Source: an uncultured Candidatus Saccharibacteria bacterium (GTDB lineage Bacteria; Patescibacteriota; Saccharimonadia; Saccharimonadales; JAUPVS01). Taken from it: 64,000 nucleotides of DNA. The translations under genes and the position numbers were made by a program. Shown here in pieces: positions 47,996 to 57,065 of this stretch; within the stretch, counting starts at the first letter, position 1, and each line of letters begins with the position of its first letter. The DNA lies in the NCBI GenBank assembly GCA_964410185.1, contig CAYPFM010000003.1, positions 85,534-149,533 of the forward strand. Direction: 5' to 3'. The notes below the pieces were generated by a model. It made no database searches. It saw nothing but the letters and a program-made list of their open reading frames with translations, and was not told the origin of the DNA.

Positions 47996-48375
47996 TCACC
48001 CAGCTGCGTCTGGTGCATAACCGCACGTTCGCTGGCCGATGTGTGTGCACGGAAGGTGCGCGCCCTCTGTATCGTTACTAATTTGCGCATCACTGCTGTC
48101 GACAATGGATTGCGAGCTTTAGCTTGCAGCGCCTCGAGACGAATAAGCTGGTTTTCGCGGATTTCTAGCACCGTTAAGTCTGGGGCTGGCACTTCTACCG
48201 GGCGATGGACTGGCTGCCCTGGCGCCATGTTGCCGGCTGCGGCGCTGCATTCATCAATAAAATGACCGATCGCTCTAATTGGGTGCGGAAAATGCAAAGC
48301 CAGGTTCCTGGCGGCTAACTCGTTGCTGTGCGCAACATCTTCTGGTCTTGGCGGCATTGGCTGTTCCGGCAACAT
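47992..48375 (-). CDS. Hypothetical protein (127 aa), weak
   Basis: ORF with no recognised features. It fills the gap between yajQ and the glycosidase gene. Confidence 0.3.
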   Translation of the reverse strand: MLPEQPMPPRPEDVAHSNELAARNLALHFPHPIRAIGHFIDECSAAAGNMAPGQPVHRPVEVPAPDLTVLEIRENQLIRLEALQAKARNPLSTAVMRKLVTIQRARTFRAHTSASERAVMHQTQLGD

Positions 48376-48512
48376 AGGTGACTCCTGTTATTCTGCAATG
48401 TAATGTACTCCCCGGCAACTTGAATTGCAACGATTAGCATTATTGGTGCCTGTTTTTTGCTCCGCGGCCCCTACACACAAAAAATAAACATGCCAAAACC
48501 AAAAGCGGTATA

Positions 48513-49868
48513 ATGCAAGCAATGGATGCACCCGACGCAGAAACCGACAACCCGCCTAGCTTGCTCGAGGCCGCCAAAGTAGTACTTAAAAATAACGACC
48601 ACGAAGGTCAGTACACCATTCCGGCGCACGGCCTTTATCCGCATCAGTGGCTATGGGATAGCTGCTTTATTGCCATCGGCATGGCTCGGTACGATACCAA
48701 GCGCGCCAAGCAAGAAATCACCAGCTTATTTAGGGGCCAGTGGTCCAACGGCATGATGCCGCACATTATTTTGAATCAGAGTTTTGCCAATCAGCCCGAC
48801 CGCGAGTTTTGGCGGAGTTACGTTTCGCCATTTGCGCCCGACAAGGTTGCTACCAGTGGCATTACACAACCGCCTTTGCTGGCCGAGGCGGTCGTGCGGA
48901 TTGGCCAAAAGATGACTAAAATTGAGCGGCGCAGCTGGTACGCTAGCGTGTACCCGAAGCTGTTGAAGTATCATCAGTGGTTCTATAGCGAACGTGATCC
49001 GCATCACCAAGGCCTGGTGTTGCAAGTTCACCCCTGGGAAACTGGTCTCGACAACACACCACCGTGGATTGATGAGCTCCACCAAAATCGGGCGCCGTTT
49101 TGGATTCGCGCCCTGCATGCCCTACGGTTTGATCGACTCCTCACTTTATTCCGCCGTGATGTCCACTTTTTAGCGTCGGCTGTCGAGCAACGCATGAGCA
49201 CCATGGATGTCTTCATCCTCTACAGCATGCAGCGCCGGTTGCGCCGTAAACAGTACGACATTAGCCGCGTGCTCGAACACGCCCTTTTGACCGTCGAGGA
49301 CCTGGCCTTCAATAGTATTCTTATCCGTAATAATAACCTGTTGCGCGAGATTGCCCGGTTTAGTGGTCATGAGCTGCCCGACGAGCTCGACAAACAGATG
49401 CGTTTGACCGAGCAGGCTCTGGAAGGGCTTTGGGATGAGCGCAGTAAGCAATACTACTCTCGCAATTACGCCAGCCAGCAACCGATGCAGATACCGACCA
49501 TTGCGACGTTCTTGCCGCTGTACGCCGGCAGCATCAGCAAGGAGCGCGCCGCCGAATTGGTTAAGCTACTCAATTCCCGCCCCTACAAAACGGCTTTTCC
49601 GGTGCCCACCGTGCCAACCAATTCCGACTGGTTCCACGCGCACATGTACTGGCAGGGACCGACCTGGCTCAACACCAACTGGCTCATCGCCGACGGCCTG
49701 GAGCGCTACGGATATAAAGAAGAGGCCGCCCATATTCGTCAGCAATCAATTAAGATGGTCTCCAAAAGTGGCTTTTACGAATACTTCTCGCCGTTCGACG
49801 CTTCGCCGGCAGGTACCAACAACTTTAGCTGGACGGCGGCGCTGATTATCGACTTTTTGAACAGCTAG
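48513..49868 (+). CDS. Six-hairpin glycosidase, GH63-like (mannosylglycerate/glucosylglycerate hydrolase-like)
   Basis: YPHQWLWDSCFIAIG and QGPTWLNTNWL motifs are characteristic of the GH63/MGH (alpha/alpha)6 barrel. Confidence 0.55.
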   Translation: MQAMDAPDAETDNPPSLLEAAKVVLKNNDHEGQYTIPAHGLYPHQWLWDSCFIAIGMARYDTKRAKQEITSLFRGQWSNGMMPHIILNQSFANQPDREFWRSYVSPFAPDKVATSGITQPPLLAEAVVRIGQKMTKIERRSWYASVYPKLLKYHQWFYSERDPHHQGLVLQVHPWETGLDNTPPWIDELHQNRAPFWIRALHALRFDRLLTLFRRDVHFLASAVEQRMSTMDVFILYSMQRRLRRKQYDISRVLEHALLTVEDLAFNSILIRNNNLLREIARFSGHELPDELDKQMRLTEQALEGLWDERSKQYYSRNYASQQPMQIPTIATFLPLYAGSISKERAAELVKLLNSRPYKTAFPVPTVPTNSDWFHAHMYWQGPTWLNTNWLIADGLERYGYKEEAAHIRQQSIKMVSKSGFYEYFSPFDASPAGTNNFSWTAALIIDFLNS

Positions 49869-50947
49869 TCGTCGGCTAGCGGTTTGTCGAGCAGCTCAGC
49901 TTCGATGACTGGCTCACCAATGCCGCTAATCTTCACAATATCTTTATCAATCCGACCCAGTTCTTTGCTGGCGTTGTTATAGTGCCCAACCGTGGCGCCC
50001 AGCGAGCTGCCGACGCGCTTGAAGTAGCCATCGTAGGCGATCAGATGCTTTTGCAAGGCTTCGATATTTTTACGAATCACTTCAGTGTCTTTTTGGATTT
50101 CCATGCTCTTAAGCCCCTGGACGATCACCTGCAACATGGCCGATAGCGTTGATGGGCCAACGATCGAAACGTGCTTGTCGACGACGGCGTATTGCATCAG
50201 ATCACGGCCACTGACGCCAGTGGAGCCGACCTTGTTGGCCAGCAAATCATAGTAAATCGCCTCGGACGGAATAAACATCATCGCCTGATCCAACGTGCCC
50301 TTCTTTGGCTGAATGTACTTAGCAGTTTCGTCGATGCGCTTCTTTAGGTCCTCTTTAAAGGCTTTTTCTAGCGCCGGTCGTTCATCTGGCTTGCAGTCGA
50401 TTAAGCGGTTGTAGTTTTCGAGGCTAAATTTGCTATCGATCGGTAATACTTTGCCATCAAGGTGCACCACGGCGTCAACAATGTTGCCTTCGGAGATTTT
50501 GTGCTGCAGGCTGTACGATCCGGGCGGCAGGACGTTTTGCAGAATCTGCTCCAGGTAAAACTCGCCCAAAACACCCCGCTGCTTGGGGTTTTGCAGGACG
50601 TTTTGCAGCGACTTGAGTTCTGTGGCGATGTCCCCAACCCGGCTGTTGGTTTTGTCGAGTTCGGTCAGCTTGGTGGTAACTTCGCGGATAATCGAGGCGC
50701 TGGCCTTGAACTGCTGATTCATCTGTTCTTGGTTTTTGTCCAAGCGAGTCGTCAGGTGATCTTTGAGGCCGTCGTTGAGCTTTTGCAAGCCTTCGTTAAT
50801 GACGTTCATGTCTTGCTTGAGGAGATTGGCGACATCATTCGATGGGGCGGCTGGTTTGCGCTGCGCCACCACAATATAGGCCCCGAGACCCAGCACCAAC
50901 ATTCCCAACACGATTACAGCGATTAGCATAGCCTTATTGTACCCCAT
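49865..50947 (-). CDS. rmuC: DNA recombination protein RmuC
   Basis: N-terminal TM, a coiled-coil and a C-terminal RmuC domain (MFIPSEAIYYDL...). The start is the internal ATG MGYNKAML. Confidence 0.75.
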   Translation of the reverse strand: MGYNKAMLIAVIVLGMLVLGLGAYIVVAQRKPAAPSNDVANLLKQDMNVINEGLQKLNDGLKDHLTTRLDKNQEQMNQQFKASASIIREVTTKLTELDKTNSRVGDIATELKSLQNVLQNPKQRGVLGEFYLEQILQNVLPPGSYSLQHKISEGNIVDAVVHLDGKVLPIDSKFSLENYNRLIDCKPDERPALEKAFKEDLKKRIDETAKYIQPKKGTLDQAMMFIPSEAIYYDLLANKVGSTGVSGRDLMQYAVVDKHVSIVGPSTLSAMLQVIVQGLKSMEIQKDTEVIRKNIEALQKHLIAYDGYFKRVGSSLGATVGHYNNASKELGRIDKDIVKISGIGEPVIEAELLDKPLADD

Positions 50948-51067
50948 TAGAGTCTTAAAAGACCCTGGCACTTGCCAAGGTCTTACGTGGAAGTCTCTCA
51001 CTTCCATATTTAGCATAAGCGCAAATGGTCGGGTTGGCAACAACTTTTTGCTGCGTATACTGATGAT

Positions 51068-51976
51068 ATGCCCCAGGCAATCAAGTATTCTGAAGTTTTA
51101 ATTATCTTTAACCCTAATAGCACCAGCGGACAGGCCAAAGCCAAGGCCACACGACTGGCCGACCGGCTGCGCAAGCGTAAGTTAAAGGTCATTACTAAAG
51201 CCACTGAACACGCCGGACACGCCGAGACAATCGCCTACCAAGGCGCTCTTGCTTACAAGCAGCCCCTGATTATTTCGGTCAGTGGTGATGGTGGCTACAA
51301 CGAGGTCGTTAATGGCGTCATGCGCGCCAAAGCCGAGAAGCCAAAGCTCAAGGCAGTTTGCTGCATTCTGCCCAGCGGCAACGCCAACGACCACCGCCGC
51401 AGCGTCCGCAAACGACCACTCAACTGGGCCATCTTCCACTCTGAACCAGAGAACATGGATCTGCTGCAGCTGACTATTCGCAAGGAGCGTCACACTACTA
51501 TTCGTTATGCCCACTCCTACATCGGCGCCGGTATCACCAGTCATGCTGCCACCCTACTCAACAAAGAGAAATTGGGCCCTCTAAAAGAAGTCCGCATCGT
51601 GGCACGTTCGATTTTTACCTATCATCCCGTGGCCATCACCGAAGCCAATGGCAAAACGAAACGCTACGATAGTCTGGTTTTTGCCAATGTCCCCTACATG
51701 TCTAAAGTCTTACGAACCGGCGTAAAGTCGGACATCAATAACGGCTCATTCCGGGTTTCGGCCCTGCCCCACCGCAGTCAGTTCTGGCTCTTCCGAATCC
51801 TACTGAACTTGCTCCTGTTCGTATTTGGTCTGCAGTCGTTGCCCCAGCAATCGAGCTACAGCTTTAGCGTGCCCCAAAACGAGCTCATCCAGCTAGATGG
51901 TGAGGTGATGAAGTTACACGGTGGCGCCAAGGCGACCGTTACAATCGTGCCAGCCGCTTTGGCGGTTATACGATAG
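51068..51976 (+). CDS. Diacylglycerol-kinase catalytic-domain lipid kinase (YegS/BmrU family)
   Basis: IIFNPNSTSG ... SVSGDGGYNEVVNG (GGDG-like motif). Confidence 0.65.
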   Translation: MPQAIKYSEVLIIFNPNSTSGQAKAKATRLADRLRKRKLKVITKATEHAGHAETIAYQGALAYKQPLIISVSGDGGYNEVVNGVMRAKAEKPKLKAVCCILPSGNANDHRRSVRKRPLNWAIFHSEPENMDLLQLTIRKERHTTIRYAHSYIGAGITSHAATLLNKEKLGPLKEVRIVARSIFTYHPVAITEANGKTKRYDSLVFANVPYMSKVLRTGVKSDINNGSFRVSALPHRSQFWLFRILLNLLLFVFGLQSLPQQSSYSFSVPQNELIQLDGEVMKLHGGAKATVTIVPAALAVIR

Positions 51977-52478
51977 CGCCGATAACTAAAATCGCTGCCA
52001 GCACGGCCACAATGGCGTCTTCAAACAATATTGCCGTCGACATTGGCAGCTTAAAGGTTTTTCCGAGCCAGGTGTTGTGGGTGCTCGGGCCTTGGATGTT
52101 TAGGTTCACTACCATGCCTACCAGGCCAAAACTTACAATGATAAACGTAATAATATAGCGGAGACCAGGCAGTATATCTAAGATGTAGAACGTGCCGAGC
52201 ATGACCTCAACCAGTGGGTAGACATAGGAATACCAGCCAAACTTGGCAGCCAACGGATCGTAACGGGGGAAGACTTGCAGGAATGACTCCATACTAATCA
52301 GCTTGCAACCGCCAAAGACCAGCAGCATGCTACCGACATACCAACGAATCCAGTCCATCACATGGAAGGAAATCAGTGTGCTCATCAAAGTGGCGGCCAG
52401 AGCGATAAACACCAGCACGCCAATAAACTTGCGGTACTCTTTTTTGTCGCTGCGAGCCTTAATAACGTTACGGGTCAT
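51966..52478 (-). CDS. DoxX-like polytopic membrane protein
   Basis: 4 predicted TM helices. Weak family call. Confidence 0.4.
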   Translation of the reverse strand: MTRNVIKARSDKKEYRKFIGVLVFIALAATLMSTLISFHVMDWIRWYVGSMLLVFGGCKLISMESFLQVFPRYDPLAAKFGWYSYVYPLVEVMLGTFYILDILPGLRYIITFIIVSFGLVGMVVNLNIQGPSTHNTWLGKTFKLPMSTAILFEDAIVAVLAAILVIGAIV

Positions 52479-52487
52479 GGTTGTATT

Positions 52488-52799
52488 TTACTCCTGTACG
52501 CCACTCCAAAACAGATGCCAAACTGTTTTGGGGATTTTTTTGCGAGGGATTTTTTTAAGCAGGCCAACCACCTCTTTGCCGGCAATCAGGGCACCAAGCA
52601 GACCGATGGCACACTGAATACACATAATAAAGATAGTGATTTGAGCCACCTGGCTTTCCTTGCCAAGAAAGGCGCCAATAGCCGGCGCTAACAGATAGGC
52701 CGGCAGCCAAAATAAAGCAAACAAAACAATTCCTACCCGCAGGCGAAGAATCGAAATATGGTTAGGCGTGTCGCTCGAGGTTTCGGTCATTGGCATCAT
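52488..52799 (-). CDS. Hypothetical small membrane protein
   Basis: 103 aa with 2-3 TM helices. Confidence 0.35.
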   Translation of the reverse strand: MMPMTETSSDTPNHISILRLRVGIVLFALFWLPAYLLAPAIGAFLGKESQVAQITIFIMCIQCAIGLLGALIAGKEVVGLLKKIPRKKIPKTVWHLFWSGVQE

Positions 52800-52854
52800 T
52801 GTAGCAAATTTACGAAAGCATTATCACTTTATCCTGCCTATTATTGGGTGTACC

Positions 52855-53970
52855 ATGCTGGCAATGCATATGACAGTCGTGGCCTCTCCCGAACATGCTC
52901 CCCTTCCCGTGCCGACGGTGGAGGATGCCATGCTGGCTTCAATCGCCCGCACGGCGTTTTTTGGCGAAACCAGTCTGTTGCCTCAGTTCGCAAAGGGTTC
53001 GCTGGAAGACAATAACCGCGCCGTCCAGGCAAATTTTGGCGATCAAGCCCGCCGCTTATTAATTGTCGGCCCCGATGCGGTTTGCTTTGAAGACCAGCCG
53101 GCGTTGGTTTTAACCCAGCGTCACGCCGCCGAGGTACTCGGCGCCCTCATTGATGTGCGCGGCCTTGCCCTGCGCCGGGAGTATGCAAACCACGGCATTC
53201 TTCGTGATATGCCAGCACATACTCGCCCCTCACGCGTTGATGGTGCCCGCAACTGGCTCCGTTCAAACCTCGTCGACCGCGACGGCGAATCAGTTGTACG
53301 CTTTAAGGGTATTCGGGGTGGTGGTACCTACGGGCTACCTGATGTGCTGGTGAAAGACGTTCGCCAGACCAATCACTATCAGAGTATGCGCGGCCAGAAA
53401 ACTCTCGAGGTCTGCCAGGCCTATCTCGACGAAGGCGGACCAATGCCTGCCATCTACGAAATTGGCAGCTTCCGCGCCGCTCAGCAGGCCCTGCGCACCA
53501 ACGCCTCAATCGATTTAACCCGCGATCAGCGCATCCGCTTTGCCCGCATCAATCAGCAAATCACCCGACACCTCTCCAACCGTACCGATGAATATAACCA
53601 AGCACATCCCCTGCAAACGCAGCTCAGCGACACGGCTTGGATGGCGGCTCGTCGGGCCGTGGCCGATACCTTTGGTCAGAGCTGGAAGACCCGGGGCGCT
53701 TGCGCCAATCTTGACGAGAAGCGCAAAGCCTTCTTTGCGCCCGATGCTGCCTATCGGAAAGAAGCTGAAGAGCTACGCGTAGCCTATGCTAAGGCAATCT
53801 GCGCTACTTGCCCCATACGAGCACAATGCCTCGATTACGCCCGTCAGAACGGCGAAACCGAAGGTATTTGGGGTGGTGTAGATTTTGACGAAGAACGAAA
53901 AGAGGCGCAGCGCGAAGATTCACGGCAACGCCGGGCGCGCCAAGCCGAAGCCAGTCAAGCTGCCAACTAA
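52855..53970 (+). CDS. Protein with C-terminal WhiB-like (Wbl) 4Fe-4S transcription-factor domain fused to an about 300-aa N-terminal region
   Basis: The C-terminus reads C-ANLDEKRKAFF...ICATCPIRAQC...GIWGG, i.e. Cys, FF, C-x2-C-x5-C, then the G[IV]WGG turn and a basic tail. The start is uncertain; I chose the ATG after TATTAT-N10. Confidence 0.6.
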   Translation: MLAMHMTVVASPEHAPLPVPTVEDAMLASIARTAFFGETSLLPQFAKGSLEDNNRAVQANFGDQARRLLIVGPDAVCFEDQPALVLTQRHAAEVLGALIDVRGLALRREYANHGILRDMPAHTRPSRVDGARNWLRSNLVDRDGESVVRFKGIRGGGTYGLPDVLVKDVRQTNHYQSMRGQKTLEVCQAYLDEGGPMPAIYEIGSFRAAQQALRTNASIDLTRDQRIRFARINQQITRHLSNRTDEYNQAHPLQTQLSDTAWMAARRAVADTFGQSWKTRGACANLDEKRKAFFAPDAAYRKEAEELRVAYAKAICATCPIRAQCLDYARQNGETEGIWGGVDFDEERKEAQREDSRQRRARQAEASQAAN

Positions 53971-53992
53971 GGGCTTATGCTATACTTCGGGC

Positions 53993-54937
53993 ATGCCCGA
54001 TAAAAATAACAACACCCCACCAACAGACACAACAACCAGTACTCATCATCCCGCCCGGACCTTTTTTGCCTCGCTATTCGGCTTTTTTGCCGTCCTGCTC
54101 ATTATGTCCAGCATTATCTCCATTTGGATGAACCGAACCCTAACCGACACTAATACTTTCGTGGCGGTCATCGCCCCCTTAGCCACCAAGCCGGAAGTGC
54201 AGAACTTTGTGGCCCAAAAAGCCAGCGAACAATTGGTCAAGAATGCACCGACCCAGGAGCTATCCAACGTACTGCTTCCCGAAGGCACTCGTGCTTCGGC
54301 CGAAACCGACGCGCAACTCAAAGCCCTGCTGCAGCCAATTATCTACAACAATGTTCTAAAAATCGTTGCTTCCCCAACGTTTGCGGCCGTCTGGAAAGAC
54401 ACCAATCAAACTGCTCATGCCGCGCTGGTATCTCAGCTTAGCAATGATTCGGGCAACTTGTCGCTTGACCTTAATCCTTTAATTACTGACGTCGTTAGCC
54501 AGCTCAAAACCACTGATTTAGCCCAAGTTAGCGATCAGATTACGGTCAGCCCGGACGCTGGCAAGGTTAATCTGCAAAACAGCGGCATCGATAAGGCGCA
54601 CAGCTACTACACCGCTTTTAAACGCAGTACGATTGTTGTTGTCATTGCCGCCTTGATTTGCACCGGTGCGGCGATTGCGCTTTCGGTTCATCACCTCAAA
54701 ACCGTTCGACGTATCCTGCTGGGAACTGGGGTTGCCGCCTTGTTGCTAGCCGGCTCGATTCAAGTTCCTTCCCTGGTAGCCATCAAGCTGACTGATGCCA
54801 GCTCCCAAAAGGTTGTGGTCGTAATTATTCAGTCACTCTTCCATAACCTACAGATTGCCAGTCTGATTACGGGCGTGGTTTGTATCACCGTGGCGATTGG
54901 CATCAAGGTGTACGAAAAACTAACTACCAAAAAGTAG
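53993..54937 (+). CDS. Hypothetical membrane protein (N- and C-terminal TM segments, large central domain)
   Basis: TATACT-N6-ATG suggests a leaderless start at MPDKNNN. Confidence 0.45.
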   Translation: MPDKNNNTPPTDTTTSTHHPARTFFASLFGFFAVLLIMSSIISIWMNRTLTDTNTFVAVIAPLATKPEVQNFVAQKASEQLVKNAPTQELSNVLLPEGTRASAETDAQLKALLQPIIYNNVLKIVASPTFAAVWKDTNQTAHAALVSQLSNDSGNLSLDLNPLITDVVSQLKTTDLAQVSDQITVSPDAGKVNLQNSGIDKAHSYYTAFKRSTIVVVIAALICTGAAIALSVHHLKTVRRILLGTGVAALLLAGSIQVPSLVAIKLTDASSQKVVVVIIQSLFHNLQIASLITGVVCITVAIGIKVYEKLTTKK

Positions 54938-54938
54938 C

Positions 54939-54995
54939 TTACTCTTTTGGTTTCTTTGGTTTTTTGACTTCTTTGCGTCCGCGATCTTTAGACAT
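54939..54995 (-). CDS. Tiny Lys-rich ORF (18 aa, MSKDRGRKEVKKPKKPKE) behind a strong SD
   Basis: AAAGGTGGGAAT-ATG is a near-consensus SD with 4-5 nt spacing. It lies between two annotated genes. Coding status is unproven. Confidence 0.25.
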   Translation of the reverse strand: MSKDRGRKEVKKPKKPKE

Positions 54996-55012
54996 ATTCC
55001 CACCTTTCTCTG

Positions 55013-55510
55013 TTAATAGGGGCTGGTTTTGGTAATTGTTTTGGGCTGAATCACCTGCGTGTCGACAACCAGGGCGTGCGTTTCCCAGTAGGTTTTGCTT
55101 TCGCTATTCTCGTCCTTGTCACCAGGGAACGGTGGAATGCTGGGCCCGACCCAAGTATCAACAACTTCATAATTATGGTCTTCGTCTTGTTCCAGGATTA
55201 TGGTCAGTTTACTACTCGGCAAGACCGAGCGGTTTTTAACGTAACGCGAGAAGACGTCCTTTTTGTGCGGCTGGGCGTAAAAGATGGTGTCTTTTTCGTT
55301 CGTTACCACCACATCACTGTTACCAATCACGCGACCCATTTCTTGCTCGACTAAAACCTTTGGCCCGACCAGCTTCTTTTTGGCGACCACCTCTTTGACC
55401 AACTGCAATAAGTGCGGTTGGCGCTTGATGGTTAACCCGGCAGAAGACGAGATGAGATTAATATAGACCTCTCGGCCATTGACGGAATCTGTGACTACAT
55501 ACCTGTACAT
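55013..55510 (-). CDS. Hypothetical protein (165 aa), lower-GC patch
   Basis: Intact ORF. Confidence 0.4.
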   Translation of the reverse strand: MYRYVVTDSVNGREVYINLISSSAGLTIKRQPHLLQLVKEVVAKKKLVGPKVLVEQEMGRVIGNSDVVVTNEKDTIFYAQPHKKDVFSRYVKNRSVLPSSKLTIILEQDEDHNYEVVDTWVGPSIPPFPGDKDENSESKTYWETHALVVDTQVIQPKTITKTSPY

Positions 55511-55544
55511 AAACCAACCTTCTTATCTGTTAGTATACGCCCAA

Positions 55545-56315
55545 TCAGGCTGGGAGCCTAATTGGCAGGGGTGGGCGAACAAAGGTTGGCAGCTGGACAG
55601 TGCTCTTAGCTGGGTCGTACACATAGTCGAAGGCATTGAATTCTTTGAGTCGATCGAGGTCCTGAATTCGCTGCTTAATCATCCACTGCGCAAACGACCC
55701 ACGCGCCACTTTGGCGTGAATTGCCACAAAGGTTTGATGCCCTGGTGTGCCGCTGGCCGTCAGGAACTGCGGCGCAATGATGCGCTGCGGATCGACGAAT
55801 GGCTCGACCACCTTCATATACTCGTTGGACGCCAAATTAATGATTGGCCCGTCCTTGGGCAAGCAGCCGGCCACCTTGTCCTGCCAAAATTCATACAGAT
55901 TCTTAAAACCCTTGCCCTGGAGTTTGTACATAAGTTCTAAACGATAGGGATGAATGGTATCGAGTGGTCGCACGGCGCCATATAAACCCGATAGTATCAC
56001 CAGGACTTGGTCGGCATACTCGCGGTCGGCCGCTGTGAAGGTTTTTGCCTCCAGGCCACGGTATATGTCGCCGGCAAAGCTGTCAATGGCTGGCGTTTGC
56101 TGAGCGGGGTCAGTCGTCCAGGCGGCAATCCGAGCCACGGTAGCTGCGGCCAAGGTTGGCGAAATATGCATCAGTTTTTGTAGCTGCGGTGCCGAGTATG
56201 CCTTTAGGACGGCGTCCAGTTGGCTCGCCTCAGCCAGTAGCTGTGGTGGGCGGACCATCACTGGTGGCGTCTGCGCCGACACCATGGTCTTGGATGAGTT
56301 AATAAGAATAATCAC
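55545..56315 (-). CDS. yaaA: YaaA-family peroxide stress protein (UPF0246/DUF328)
   Basis: ILSGLYGAVRPLDTIHPYRLEL motif. Confidence 0.75.
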   Translation of the reverse strand: MIILINSSKTMVSAQTPPVMVRPPQLLAEASQLDAVLKAYSAPQLQKLMHISPTLAAATVARIAAWTTDPAQQTPAIDSFAGDIYRGLEAKTFTAADREYADQVLVILSGLYGAVRPLDTIHPYRLELMYKLQGKGFKNLYEFWQDKVAGCLPKDGPIINLASNEYMKVVEPFVDPQRIIAPQFLTASGTPGHQTFVAIHAKVARGSFAQWMIKQRIQDLDRLKEFNAFDYVYDPAKSTVQLPTFVRPPLPIRLPA

Positions 56316-56333
56316 TACTTGTCAGTATATGAC

Positions 56334-56993
56334 TTATGCAGCTGTGGGCACAACCAATGCATCGGCAATCCGGCGGGCAAAATGAAGGTCAGATATCGGA
56401 TCCTCGACAACCGAGGCGATCACATTCGGAACGATCACCTGGCTGCCATCGGGGTAGGCGTAGTTGGCTGTACGCACAGCATCAACTTTTAGAATACTAC
56501 CGATGGGAGTGTCATTCATAGTCCCCGTCCAACTTGGCGCGTCATCGACTCGTAGCGAATATGCCTTGATGAGGTTGGTCTGGATTGGTTCACCCTTAAA
56601 AGAGGTTTGAGGGTGGTTGTTTTCGTGTGCCAGAATGATATTACCGTCCTGGCTAAGCAGTGTACTATTACCAACTTGCTTGCGATACAGCGTCACGCCG
56701 TCCAGCTCATCGAGTCGTTCGTCTCCCATAGCTTGTTGGATAGTCTGAACAATCCCGAATAGTTCCAAACCGCCGTGGCCGAGGATGCGAACATAATTCC
56801 TGCGGGTGCTTTCGATTTTTTGCGAAGATATGGCTTCGGCGATACCGTCTGCGCCAACCACATGACCAATCATGTGGATAGCAGCCTTGGCCAAACGAGT
56901 CATCTTATGACCGGTAATCTCGTATGTCTCCAAAAGACCTGGAGTGGCCTGAACAACGCTCTTTTCTGGTTGAGGAATAGGAATCTGCGACAT
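56334..56993 (-). CDS. Hypothetical protein (219 aa)
   Basis: Intact ORF. No recognised domain. Confidence 0.4.
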   Translation of the reverse strand: MSQIPIPQPEKSVVQATPGLLETYEITGHKMTRLAKAAIHMIGHVVGADGIAEAISSQKIESTRRNYVRILGHGGLELFGIVQTIQQAMGDERLDELDGVTLYRKQVGNSTLLSQDGNIILAHENNHPQTSFKGEPIQTNLIKAYSLRVDDAPSWTGTMNDTPIGSILKVDAVRTANYAYPDGSQVIVPNVIASVVEDPISDLHFARRIADALVVPTAA

Positions 56994-57065
56994 AATACTT
57001 ATTATGACATAGCTTTTTATAAATTACAACTGTTACAGAGGAGTTGGCTTGTATATACTGACAGT

